Source of the DNA: Neodothiora populina
Taxonomy: Eukaryota
Assembly (NCBI RefSeq): GCF_041146345.1
Contig: NW_027191408.1
Location: 434,001-498,000, forward strand
Reading direction: 5' to 3'
DNA: 64,000 bases
The position numbers were made by a program, and so were the translations under genes. Numbering within the stretch: the first letter of the stretch is position 1; each line of letters opens with the position of its first letter. Below the pieces are notes generated by a model, which did not search any database, had not been told where the DNA came from, and was given only the letters and a program-made list of their open reading frames with translations. Positions 50,722 through 61,989 of the stretch are shown here, in pieces.

Positions 50722-53124
50722 TCATGGTGCACGGTCGGCGAAAGGATTCGGGATGTTCAGACGGTCTTTCTTTCTCTCGTCGTGAGGCGGGCCCGGCTCA
50801 TCAACCGGCGATGTTACAGCAAAGTTGCCGTGACTGCTCGCGCGGATATGCACCGGACGACGCGTAGCCGCTTCGACGTTCTGGCTACCAACGAAGCCAA
50901 CCTTTTCGCTTGGGCTGAACCCAGAGCTCAATATTGGAGATGTTTCCCCATTGACTTGGAATTGAGGAAACCGGCGAGGCGACAATGTATATGTCTGCGC
51001 ATTCCATCGGTTCCCTTCGTTGCTCGCGGTATTTGTTGCAGTTGCTTGCTCGTATGTTGGCACTCTCATCACGTCCACAGACTTCTCTGTCGGATCAAAC
51101 GAGCCATGCGGGGGGTCATTGCTCGTAGTGTTGGACGCGAATCTAGCAGCTGGAAGCGCTTCCATGGCATAGACATTGCTGTTAACGAGATCTTTTTTTC
51201 TCATTAGGAAACCGGCGCGAAGCAGGCCAATCAAGACTATCAGCACCCACACCATGAGAACACAGGTAGAGATGATAGCTTCTTGTCTGATGGTTGAGGC
51301 AATTGCATGAGTGACATGGCTGACTGCGGAAGTAATCTCATCAGAGGCATCATCGCCTGGTCCGGTTGCTAGTACAGAGTCGCTCGAGTTGGAGTCTTTG
51401 TTGACCTTGTCGAGGGTACCAAGTGAGAATGTATCATTGGCCAATAGGGGAAAATCGACGTGAGCGTTGTCGCTAACCCACGTAAGTGCTTTCTCGATTC
51501 CCTTGATCTTCAGCAGGACAAGGCAGTTGAGTACTTCAAGCACAGGGTCATAGAGGACAGTATCACCAAATGTGACATTCAACACATCCATCATGCCGTC
51601 AACAAACACATTGAGTGTCTCATTAACAGCACCGGTAGTTGTGTTGACCCAGCCAAACACATCTTCGTTGATTTTCGTGTTTGTGGAGTTGATGATGTGG
51701 TTTGTCCCTACTGCCCATTGCATAGAAGCGTTATTGAGTGAACCAACAACCTTGTCTGCAAAGGCATCGACCTGCTGTGTAAGAGCCGGTACTTCTTTCT
51801 CGATAGCTCTGAGCAGAATGTACTGACAGAGACAGCCGAGGAGACCGGCAAGTGCAAGACACAGTACGAACAATGCTGGTGTTGTAGTAGCGTATGCGAC
51901 GGTCCATCTCACAAGAGTCCGTTGGCGACTTGAAGAGAAGTGTTCCGCAATCTTCAGCCCAGCTGTTGACGTGTAGGGTCGAGATACCAGATAAACAGAG
52001 TCCATTGGGTCAGGAACGTCCTTGATCGCTCTTGCGCGGTCCTGCATGAATCGGTATCGGCGTATCTCACGATATGCCATTGGAATGCAGACCAGGATTG
52101 CTGCAAGGATAAGGACGGCCAGGAATATCTTCTTGGCTAGATGCTCAATGTGGACAAGGTCATCGAAAAAGTCGTCAATCCCGTTACTATCTGAGCAGAA
52201 GACTAATTTTTCCTTCTGTGGGACAGGAAAAATCGATCGATTTATTGTGTATCTTCCGCTCAATGACTCATTCAGTAACTTTTTTACTTCCTCAAATGGG
52301 TATTTGATAGCCTGATTGGTAAGATTGTTGACCTGTGCGAATGTGGGAATGGACTGGTTGAGTTTGCTTAGATCTTGATCGTAGCCTGAGGGAAGCTGGA
52401 GGCTGTCCAGTTTCGCGATTGATGAATTCAGATCGAGTGTGGGAACATGGACATCTTTGCCGGAGAAGAAGCTACCGACATCGTCGATTGCGCCGACAAA
52501 TTTGTTCATGGCTGTCTGAAAGTCGTTGACTGCGTCACCGAGATCGTCCCCTACACCTTTGACGGTGGAATTGAGAGCGTCGCCAATGAACTCTGCTATG
52601 TCAATGACAGCATGTAAGCTACCACCAACAGCGAAGGTGATCAGACAAACGTAGGTAGATGTGAGCAGGTTGATGACGAAGACAACGATCTCTTCGACAC
52701 CTGTGATGGTAAGCAACAACATCGATATCAGACCACTGATGGCCTTTTCGATCCCCTCGGCTGTCAATTCGTTTGTGCCTTGCGCCATGTAGTAGGGCAT
52801 ACTAGCCATGGCGCTTCCAACATTTTCGACCCCTCTACATGCTGACAAAGCTTGGGATCTAGCGGACGTGAGATTTGAGTCCATGCTTGTAATAGCAAGC
52901 AACGTCCTGAAAAGAACGAGTAAAAGAAGAACCGTCCAGCGGTTTATCCAGACCTGCGAAAGTCTAGCTCGAAGGCCAAGATATGGCGTAAGGTATAATG
53001 TATAATTCGGGGTAGGTCGTGATGCGTTCGGTGCCGCGTAGTAGTCGCGCATCTCATGCTCGCCAGCGGATGTTATAGGAGGCGCAGCCGGAAAGGCTTG
53101 CTGCTGGTTCTCTGAAGATGCCAT
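50722..53124 (-). CDS. PRM1: Plasma membrane fusion protein Prm1, single exon
   Basis: TPYLGLRARLSQVWINRWTVLLLLVL, ACRGVENVGSAMASMPYYMA, STYVCL, NEDVFGWV, CLVLLKIKGIEKALTWV. Confidence 0.95.
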   Translation of the reverse strand: MASSENQQQAFPAAPPITSAGEHEMRDYYAAPNASRPTPNYTLYLTPYLGLRARLSQVWINRWTVLLLLVLFRTLLAITSMDSNLTSARSQALSACRGVENVGSAMASMPYYMAQGTNELTAEGIEKAISGLISMLLLTITGVEEIVVFVINLLTSTYVCLITFAVGGSLHAVIDIAEFIGDALNSTVKGVGDDLGDAVNDFQTAMNKFVGAIDDVGSFFSGKDVHVPTLDLNSSIAKLDSLQLPSGYDQDLSKLNQSIPTFAQVNNLTNQAIKYPFEEVKKLLNESLSGRYTINRSIFPVPQKEKLVFCSDSNGIDDFFDDLVHIEHLAKKIFLAVLILAAILVCIPMAYREIRRYRFMQDRARAIKDVPDPMDSVYLVSRPYTSTAGLKIAEHFSSSRQRTLVRWTVAYATTTPALFVLCLALAGLLGCLCQYILLRAIEKEVPALTQQVDAFADKVVGSLNNASMQWAVGTNHIINSTNTKINEDVFGWVNTTTGAVNETLNVFVDGMMDVLNVTFGDTVLYDPVLEVLNCLVLLKIKGIEKALTWVSDNAHVDFPLLANDTFSLGTLDKVNKDSNSSDSVLATGPGDDASDEITSAVSHVTHAIASTIRQEAIISTCVLMVWVLIVLIGLLRAGFLMRKKDLVNSNVYAMEALPAARFASNTTSNDPPHGSFDPTEKSVDVMRVPTYEQATATNTASNEGNRWNAQTYTLSPRRFPQFQVNGETSPILSSGFSPSEKVGFVGSQNVEAATRRPVHIRASSHGNFAVTSPVDEPGPPHDERKKDRLNIPNPFADRAP

Positions 53125-53466
53125 GGCGGAGTGGCAAAGTGTGAATAGTCTGAGCCAGGGTGAGCTTGTGTTCAAATGCACAACGCGATTATCTCGATGA
53201 TGTGTGTTCGAGCAGTCAAGATCGGTTGCGGCGGTAAACAAACGTGATGTGCAAATAAGGCTCGGGATGAAGACAATGAGAATGTTGAAGGTGAGGATGT
53301 ATTCGTAACAAGGTACAAGTTCAGAACAAAGAAGTGGATAATGGAAGTTGTTTAAACATAAAAGAAAGTGAAGCGCGTGACCGAAAGCGTACCTTGTTGC
53401 CAGACATGACAGTAAATGGTTTATGTCTGCTTTCTCTGAGACCAAACGTCAAGACGTGGTACAGAG

Positions 53467-54607
53467 TGTTTCACACGATGACATTGATCCATGCCTTCTT
53501 CCCATGGACTGAGAATAAATATGTACCGGTGCGCAAGAGTAAGCGCCCTGGAAACGAGCGAAGCCATGCGTTGACCAGTCTTTCCCCAGTCCGTAATGAT
53601 TCTGTAAGTCGTTGATCATAGTCTAGTGATCCTAGTAGTTGGACTGTTGTTTCGCCATTGCCAAGGAGGGACTCTATATCGCAGAGTTACTACGGACTAG
53701 GGACGGAGCAGTATCAGGTTCACATCGTGGCCACCACAGAGATACAGCAGAGCAGAAACTACTCTACAACTTCTCTGAGGCCGCGCTGTCCGGGCGCCAA
53801 TACGCCTCGGAAGAGCAGCCCAGGAGAGAAAAGAACTAGATGGGTGGTCATCAGCGAGGCAAGTCTAAATGTGGCTGGAGTAGCGCCAAGGCGACAGCCA
53901 CGTCTGCCGCTTCTCGTTCCTTGCTTCTCAAAGACTGAAGAATTTCGAGCCAACGTCATCTCATGCACTTCAAATATTTGTTCGATAGATTGTCTGACCC
54001 GCACATTGATTCGACGCCTTAATCGTCACCTCCATCTTTGACTAGCATGGCAAAAATCTATTTATTGTTTTGATGTACGAGAGTTTCCGTAAATGGGTTT
54101 TATAAAGCGCCTGCGCTTACTCGGGGCGCGTACTGTAACGAAGCAGCCCACCAATCAGCCTAGGCGACTTTCTGCATCAGCCACCATTCTATGTCTGTTA
54201 TAACATGAATCTGGCCCCAATTGCATGATTGATACGTATGATACAGCTCTAGATGCTTTTCGACTATGTTTCAACATTGCCGGAATCATAAGCTGCGGTT
54301 CCTATACCGAATCTAATTTGTGTTGACTATTGGTTAGGCGAGCTGTTGATGAACAATCACAGCTTAGCAGCGGCCCCGGCTTGTAGATGCAGCTAATGGA
54401 ATAAGCCAAATACACAGCGAGATCTCTCTTGTTCGTGCAGGTGATACAAGCTTTAGCAAGAAAGTAGATTGTTAATACGTCCACGCTCGACGATCTATGC
54501 CTGGGATAATACCCTTCCATCTTAAGATCGCTCATCGGGAAATGTGTTCGCACTTGATCTCATCCAGTATCCGGGCCCATCAATCTCTGCTCCTTCTTAT
54601 TGAAACA
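53467..54607. promoter_or_regulatory. Three perfect Ste12-type pheromone response elements (TGAAACA) upstream of PRM1
   Basis: TGTTTCA at 53467-53473 and 54267-54273; TGAAACA at 54601-54607. Confidence 0.55.
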
Positions 54608-55411
54608 TGAATCTGGTAAGAATAATCGCGGCTCCGATCTGCGGTGACTGGCCTCGATATCTTAGTCAATTGACCGTGCAGCCGAAAAGAAAAATCGACC
54701 TGCCCTTGGCACATGTGCGACTCTGGAGCTGGCTGTCTGGAAGAAACTTCGATTTAGTTTGCAGGCAACTGTGTCTCATCCCTTAGGAGCCTCGTTTTGC
54801 TTCCACGGAATAACACAAGGAAGATTGAACATTGAACATCCAGCTAAAGCTGTACCCACTTCACAGGGTCATGGTAAGTGGTCGTCATTCACCTTCGTAA
54901 ACCAGGCCTCTATGTATGAGATGTACCAAACCTGGGTTTCCTGCCGTTCTTCCAACAGCAATTTGACGGGATAAGACAGCCATGGATACATCTTTGAGCT
55001 TTGCCTTTGTCGATTTCGATGTCAGGGGTGTGTCTCCGCAAGGTGCAAGTCTGAATGTAGGAACCTTTCCCGAAATGACGATACCAAGTGACGAGGATCA
55101 TGAGAGGTATGCTTCACATGTCAGAGCTACACAATTTGAGGCAACAACTGACAATTAAAGCATGACTCCTGAACGACAGCACAGTGACCCAGGTGACGTG
55201 TGAACAAACGTATCATGTGGTTCTTCTACCTCGTTGTCCTTATGTAATAGAGCATAGACTGTCTGCCTATACTGTTGTGTGACAAGCTAATAGGCCGCCA
55301 CTCAAATGTCAACAGTTCACTGTATCTGACGACTTGAGTGTCTGCTTCGAAAAGACTTTCTTTCTCCGAGTGAATATTGACCACTTGGAACACCCCGGAG
55401 GCATAGCAGAC

Positions 55412-56305
55412 ATGTCATATACTAGCTCACGCAAATGGGAGTCGGAGGAGACAAGACAAAAGAATCAGGCCCGGCATGATCTCAAAACAAGCAGACGTAC
55501 AGCAAGAAGACTCGGACCTGCTAATCCTACCCATCTAGCTCGCCTCGAAAGGGCAGAAGAAAGCGTCACTTATGAAAACGACATCCGTACTGCAAAAGAG
55601 GCCTACTATAACAGGAAACATAGCTCCCAGCAACTGATCGATCAGAATGGTTGGGGCTTGACGTATCCGGCTTTGACATTCAAGGGCAAGCCTCCTCGGG
55701 ACGAGATTGTCATGCCCGTCCCTGACATGGCCACCCGGCGTGTTGACAGGCGCGGTGTGTTCTACCCATGGCCTCTCTCTTGCTTCGGATCCTTCACAAT
55801 GTATCAGAGAAGCCCAGTACTTGCGGAGCCAACGATTTGGCTTCCTAGCAACCATCCTGAGAAACTACTGGTCAACAAACGTACCATCTCTTCTGAATGT
55901 GGAATATGGGATCACGAGATGCTTCCGGGTAAGAATTATCACTTGGACGATAAAATCGACCAGTCGTTGGGGGCGGGTTGGCCATGCGCACAGGAGCTCA
56001 AGTTCGAAGGTGAAGACAGGATTGCATCACTTGTGTCCCATCGCCGCTGTCTTCCCGTACCTCGTAAGCCGGGAAATGCGACTGTCAACTGGCAACAGCT
56101 ACAGTACCTCGAGCAGCATCCGTTCGACCAGGTCTTTAGTGGTAGCAACAGACTGAAGCCCAGCATTGAAGATGTGCACTTCATGGAGTTCGAAGTTGGC
56201 TTTGACGGACAGCCTGATACAGAGGTGGCTCAGCATCTTCTTGGCTCATCCCTGAGTGAAGAACTGGACCCACTGGGGGTATACCACAACCGACAGGACT
56301 GGTGA
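55412..56305 (+). CDS. Hypothetical protein, intronless, divergent from PRM1
   Basis: 297-codon ORF with a globular-looking C-terminal block WPCAQELKFEGEDRI...LPVPRKPGNATVNWQQ; function not recognised. Confidence 0.72.
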   Translation: MSYTSSRKWESEETRQKNQARHDLKTSRRTARRLGPANPTHLARLERAEESVTYENDIRTAKEAYYNRKHSSQQLIDQNGWGLTYPALTFKGKPPRDEIVMPVPDMATRRVDRRGVFYPWPLSCFGSFTMYQRSPVLAEPTIWLPSNHPEKLLVNKRTISSECGIWDHEMLPGKNYHLDDKIDQSLGAGWPCAQELKFEGEDRIASLVSHRRCLPVPRKPGNATVNWQQLQYLEQHPFDQVFSGSNRLKPSIEDVHFMEFEVGFDGQPDTEVAQHLLGSSLSEELDPLGVYHNRQDW

Positions 56306-57389
56306 CTAAACAGTAGGCAAAGGCGCCTGATCCACACAGAACTACCAGTTGACCACACGGGTATGGTCCCTTAACAACAATGGACATTGTCCCGCTTTCA
56401 GCCCAATTATAAGGCCAATGGGACCAGTCGACATTCGTCCGTCTTGCTATGCCTCTGTGGGCAGAGCCAGCGCTCTCCAACAACAGATAAGATAAGTCTA
56501 CTGCACTACGATTGAAGCCTTGATGGACCCGGGGATTGGCAATCGAGTACATGCTCAGCATAACTTTCCATATGCTTTTGCTTTCTGGACTTTACAAATA
56601 GCATTCTTATCCCCACGTCATCCTCTACAAGCGTCGAGAGCATATATCGTGGAGGCGTATTGCAGCAGGTAACTGCTCAGCACAAACATAGTTGAGACCT
56701 ACGGGCTTGATCGAAGATTTTGTTGAACAGATTGGATATATGCCAACAAGATCTGGAGTGTATGGATTCAATTCAATTCTTGCTGATCTGGTTCTCATCT
56801 GAAGAATATATATATTCTGCTTTGGAGCTGCTTCTGTTAAAGAACTATCGATATAATTGCATAATCATACCCACCTAAGTCCTAAACCCAGTCTGCTGTC
56901 TACTTCACACTCAACTCACCGCAAGTCACAGTCCACTGTAGCATGAAGAGCAACATTATAACATGTGCATAACATGCGTGTAAATTCCGTACTCCCATAG
57001 AAGGAAGCACCTCCCGTGACCGAGGTTGATGGCAGACCTGTCCATTCCATGTGTCAAGCCTCAGAACAGCAAAACAAACTTCGATGTCATGGGACTTCAC
57101 TTGTGAGCTAGATCATATGTTTGTAGGCTGTCTATGCTCCTTCCACTTTTGACATCGCCTTCATTGTGCCTTTTCCAATTCTGCGACTGTCCCATAACCA
57201 ATAATTCTTCCCATAATTGAGATTGAGCTACTCCATTGCAAAGGAACAATCAGAAAGAGCCGCTTCTTATGCTGAATCTCAACACCGAAGTCCAATATAC
57301 TTTCATCTCAGCCCATATCTTAATTTCAAAGCAAGCACCCACACACGCCAACAAGAGAACACGTTGTGACTTTACATCTGACCGTGAAA

Positions 57390-58220
57390 ATGCGCTCTCA
57401 CAACTCTGAGGAGATTGTCCGGACTCATGACGAGCATATGAGCTACACTCGTCAGTGTGGGACGACTTTTCCACCACCACCGCCCCCAGAATCTGCTGGT
57501 CCACCTACCGTCGTGAGAAGCTCCACTACCTCATCTTCTTCTTCTGCGAAGGCTAGCACGTCAAAAGTACGTGCACCAAGAACGAATGGCTATCGGACCA
57601 TCGATGCACACACTGAGATCATGATCAAGGATCGCTCGCCTTCATCTCGAGGCACGAATAAATCAACAAGTAAAGCACTCAGCAACACGCCAAGTAAGGC
57701 ACCTTCGAGCAAAGCCCAGGAAGAACCAGCAATGGTGGTTACGAAAATTATGACTCCGAAGGTTAAGCCTTTGCTCCCGCCGCCTCTGCCCTCGAGCAAT
57801 TCGATGCTCTTGGCTGTTGCTGTACCGGCATTTGTTCCTTGTGTGGTTCCAACTTTGTCGACAGGTGGCAAAGACTTGCCTCCCGCAATTGACAAATCTT
57901 TCGGGGTGACGAATGCGAATGCGAATGCTCTTGTGACCACCAAAAGCACAGCCACAGCATCTACCGCAAAAGCCAGCAGCATTGCCACGAAAGTATCATC
58001 CAATGTCGAGACGAAGAATACTGAGAAGCACAAAAAGGAAGCAAAACCCGAGGAGCACAAGAAAGAAACAACTGGTGAGAGTGTGAAGGTAACGATTGAG
58101 GAGACCTTCACCCGTAAAACTACGTTTCATGTGCCGAAGGGTGAGACGATCAAATACAAGAGAAGTTCTCGTAACGGTCCCAGAAACTTGTCTGTTGGCA
58201 TTAACAAAGAAGGTGGTTGA
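57390..58220 (+). CDS. Hypothetical low-complexity S/T/K/P-rich protein
   Basis: 276-codon ORF with ATG in AAAATG context; no recognisable domain. Confidence 0.6.
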   Translation: MRSHNSEEIVRTHDEHMSYTRQCGTTFPPPPPPESAGPPTVVRSSTTSSSSSAKASTSKVRAPRTNGYRTIDAHTEIMIKDRSPSSRGTNKSTSKALSNTPSKAPSSKAQEEPAMVVTKIMTPKVKPLLPPPLPSSNSMLLAVAVPAFVPCVVPTLSTGGKDLPPAIDKSFGVTNANANALVTTKSTATASTAKASSIATKVSSNVETKNTEKHKKEAKPEEHKKETTGESVKVTIEETFTRKTTFHVPKGETIKYKRSSRNGPRNLSVGINKEGG

Positions 58221-61200
58221 TCGTATACCATCAGGAGTAAATCATAACTTCTTCCTATCAGCAATCAGGCAGATATTGTGCATCTGTTCCGTCATGCTCA
58301 ATCCTTCAAACCTTGAGGAGGTTTTTTCTTCAGTTGACGTCAGCCTTGCACTATGCGTTCGCCAATCTTCCAGAGCGGCAATATGCAGAATTCACCAAGG
58401 TGGATGGAGAAAGCAGCATCCTGCCCTCAGGCCAAGAAACTCATACTGCGGTTTACTGTTTGTACAAAGGTAGTCACAGCCGGATTACGTTAGCTCAGCC
58501 CATGGTATACTACTATTTCTGGCGGTCTGCACTCCGTCTTGCCTGGACTCAGGCTGCGTTCCACTTCAGCTAACCCAAGGAATGTGACTCGCCGTTGCTA
58601 AGGCACTCACTGTCATTCAGCTGGCGATGGATGTACAAGTATTGGATGAACCTTGCAAGACACCATAGAGTAGGGTGAGGTACTGCACTGCAACTGTTGT
58701 GGTGGCTCCCAGCACATAGAGTTTGGGCAGAATGAAATACTGACTAGCTAGCGTCTCACCATTGGGGAAGGGTAGTGGGGAACATTGCGGAGATTCTATA
58801 CAAACGAGTTCGTTTCTCGTCACTTGTAGCTGGGCAAGCCGGACAACTTCCGCGTTTTGATTTGTATGAGAAACACACCCAAATTAAGACTTTATAGTCC
58901 TTCCTACCAAGTAGTCAATTAGACAATTTTGCGTTCATGGCCTGTATCAATATGGATCTATTTGAAGCGCGATTCTACTAATACTGATTGAACCCCATCT
59001 ACCTCGCTGTCACCCTTCAAGTTCAGTGAGTGGTAGTACGGCTAATTGCCGGCTTACAAGTGACGAGAAACTAACTCCTTTGTAGAGTTACTTGTGCTCA
59101 AGAACAAATCTTGAGTCTACGGGATTCGCAATAAACCGTCAGAGGCAATGCACCTGGGCCTCGAGACGATCCAACATGCATGCAGTACATTGACTCAATT
59201 GAGGCTATTATAGAGAAGTGCGAGATAGGTTAGCGCCGATGAGGAATGGTATCTGAACCACATTCTCGCCCGATTTTAGCCTACCAGATATTCACCAAAA
59301 AGATCGAAGCAGATTACTCGGCCAGATGAGGTCAAAAATAAATTTTAGCCGTATTCCAACGTCCAGCGATTTGCTTCTCTGCAGGTGCAGTGGGCCAAAC
59401 CCGTTAGATTCCACGTATGTTCTTCGGGGGGATTAACGGGTTGCGTAGGTGAATGCGAATAGGATCGTCGAGTTCCTTCCCGCGCGCTTGTTTTGGCTCG
59501 AAAATGGCCGAGATGGCGATTCTTGCGCTGATCGACTTCCACACCCTACACGTGCTAGCAGATTGAACGTAACCCGTTCGCTCTGACCATACAGTACTGT
59601 ACATACTCGGCCTCATCTCACGGTCAAGCTAGGTTGCGCTGCTGGGTGGAGTGGGGCTCCCGAAGCACGTACGACAACGGCAGATGAGGATTAGAGTCCC
59701 GAAACTGGTCATTGTTACCAATAGAGAAAGAGCCTGACTAGACAGCGCGGATCATCACTGCTGGTAGTCACAGCTGCAAAGTGCGTCACTGTCTTTCGAA
59801 GAAGGAGATGGGAGGTTGGTGCTTGTATCGTCGTCGACCTTGGACTTTTGCTCATCCCATCAAGCAGATGACCGACTGCGACACAGCAATACAACGAGAG
59901 GCTTAAGCTCTTCGACATAAGCCGTAGTCCTTGACATCAATACTTCGGCTGTTACCATACCACTCAACTGGCAGGTACTATCGGACTCTACTCCATTTCC
60001 AGGATCAACCTAGCATGAGCGATAATACCAAGGTAGAATCGCAGACAGAGCTGCGGTACACGGCGGAACAAGCTTGGGCCTCTCACTGCCAAGTATTGCA
60101 CCACCTCCGACCCCTATCTACACTCATTTCGTGATGTTATGATCGCCATCATCATCTTGGTGTAGGTCTTCCGGAATAATTGTAGATGCTGAAGCTAAGT
60201 GATTACGTGTTCAGGGCAAGGACGACTGTATCTACTGTAGTTGTTCGAATAACCTGGCATGTAGAGTTCATCCTACTCACTGAGGCTCAGGAATGGAAAT
60301 CGTCCGCCAAAACTCCGCACAGCCAGAGTCGTGCCGACGTGTCACAGTTGACCTATGTTCTATCTTAGTCACCGCCATACAAATGACCGTGTCGCCGAAA
60401 GCCAAGACAAATAGAACGTCGGCGGCATACGAAGGAATTACAGGTACAGTAGTATACTTGTACAGTACTTTACCTAACCTTGTTGTCCATTTAACGTAGA
60501 GACCTACTGTACGCCGGTTTGATATACAAACGGGTTTCCGCATCCGCTTCAAGCGCCGCACATGCTTCTAGCGCCCTGATTCGAAGGGCGGGAAGGTACT
60601 GCTGTACTTTCTAGCCAAGCAACTCTGCAACGTGGACTACATTAGTGGAATCTGCCACAGACCTTTTTTCAACCCTAACACACTTCATGGCCTCCCACAC
60701 CCATCCGTCGCAAACGGAATATCCTCAGAAGAAACCCTCCTCGGCCTGAGTGTTGATGAAACATTCCCCACCGGTCGGCCATAAAATAATTGAGACAATC
60801 CTCCTTTTTCACAGTGGAGCCTTCCACTCCAGGTACAGAACAGAGTAAAACTCTACTTACAAGTAGGTAATTCTCCCGGATAGGTCAAAAGTGGCTACTT
60901 GTACAGGTGTGAACCTTGCTTTGGGAACGAGTCGAGTGGCGGAGTTGAGATGTCATGCGTACCTACCTTAGTTTGTGATCCATGAACATCCGCCCAACAT
61001 GCCAGCACCAGCCCACAAACACCCTCTGCCTTTCCTCCACCCAGACTGTCTAGGCGGTCGATTCTCCTCCCATACATCCGACGGCACAGTGGGGATGGCG
61101 CTCTCCTACCATCGATGCGCAAAAACTCCATTTCCCAGGTCCATCGAACTGGTCATGCGCCTTATTCATTGTGTGTTTCAAGTCAACCCCTAATAGCCAA

Positions 61201-61989
61201 TACTGGGGAAAAAGAGGTCAAAACGTAGGTTCGGACGGGAGTATGCTGCAGCAGCACATCGTGCTCGCTCGCTTCTTGAAGCAATGTCATGTTACTTTGC
61301 GCTTATTCGTATCCCGAATTGGCGGAGTTCCGACTGCAATCGCGGACTATTAGACAACCAGCCTTGGACGAAGAGCCCAAATTCAAGACTCAATGTTCTA
61401 GACTTGACACTTTACCACTCGGTGTTATTCCCGAGCCATGGCGTTGTCAACTTGATCCACTTGGTTGTGCTCCTGTGCCTATCTACTGTGCGTGCGTACT
61501 TTCCTGGCCTGGTTGGTCAGCACGCCATGATCCTACTGTGGAAGTATCGAAAAGTCAAAATTCGGGACGATGAGCAAGGACATGTGTCTTTGTGACATTG
61601 CTATGATTTATGGATAGTGGTGAGAAATATATGATGTACAGGCGTGAAAGACTAGACTATGCTAAAACCGGTCAAAGCTACTCGAACTTTCCACCGTTTC
61701 CTTATTAACTAAATATTGTGTTGGGCTTCTGGGATTTGTGTGCTTCAATCAGCGGGTATGTGTAAAGTGTAAGACTTGGCGCCGACCATGATGCTCCGAC
61801 CTGTGGAGCGCGTAACGCTATGGATATATGAAGGGTATCTTTGTAAAGGAAAAACTAATTGATGAAAAAGGATTTGGGGGAAATGTGGCCGAAGCTAGAG
61901 CGGTAGAGGCTCAGGTAGTGATCGGTCCCTGGTGTTGAGTGTCGCAGATATACGCACGAGTAAATGCCGGATTGTGTAGATGTGACTGT

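Noticed and set aside
56803..56818. 16-bp perfect palindrome AGAATATATATATTCT, plus short hairpins at 43545-43581 and 50481-50500
   Set aside because: Largely (AT)n-driven or short enough to arise by chance; no target-site duplication or MITE structure.
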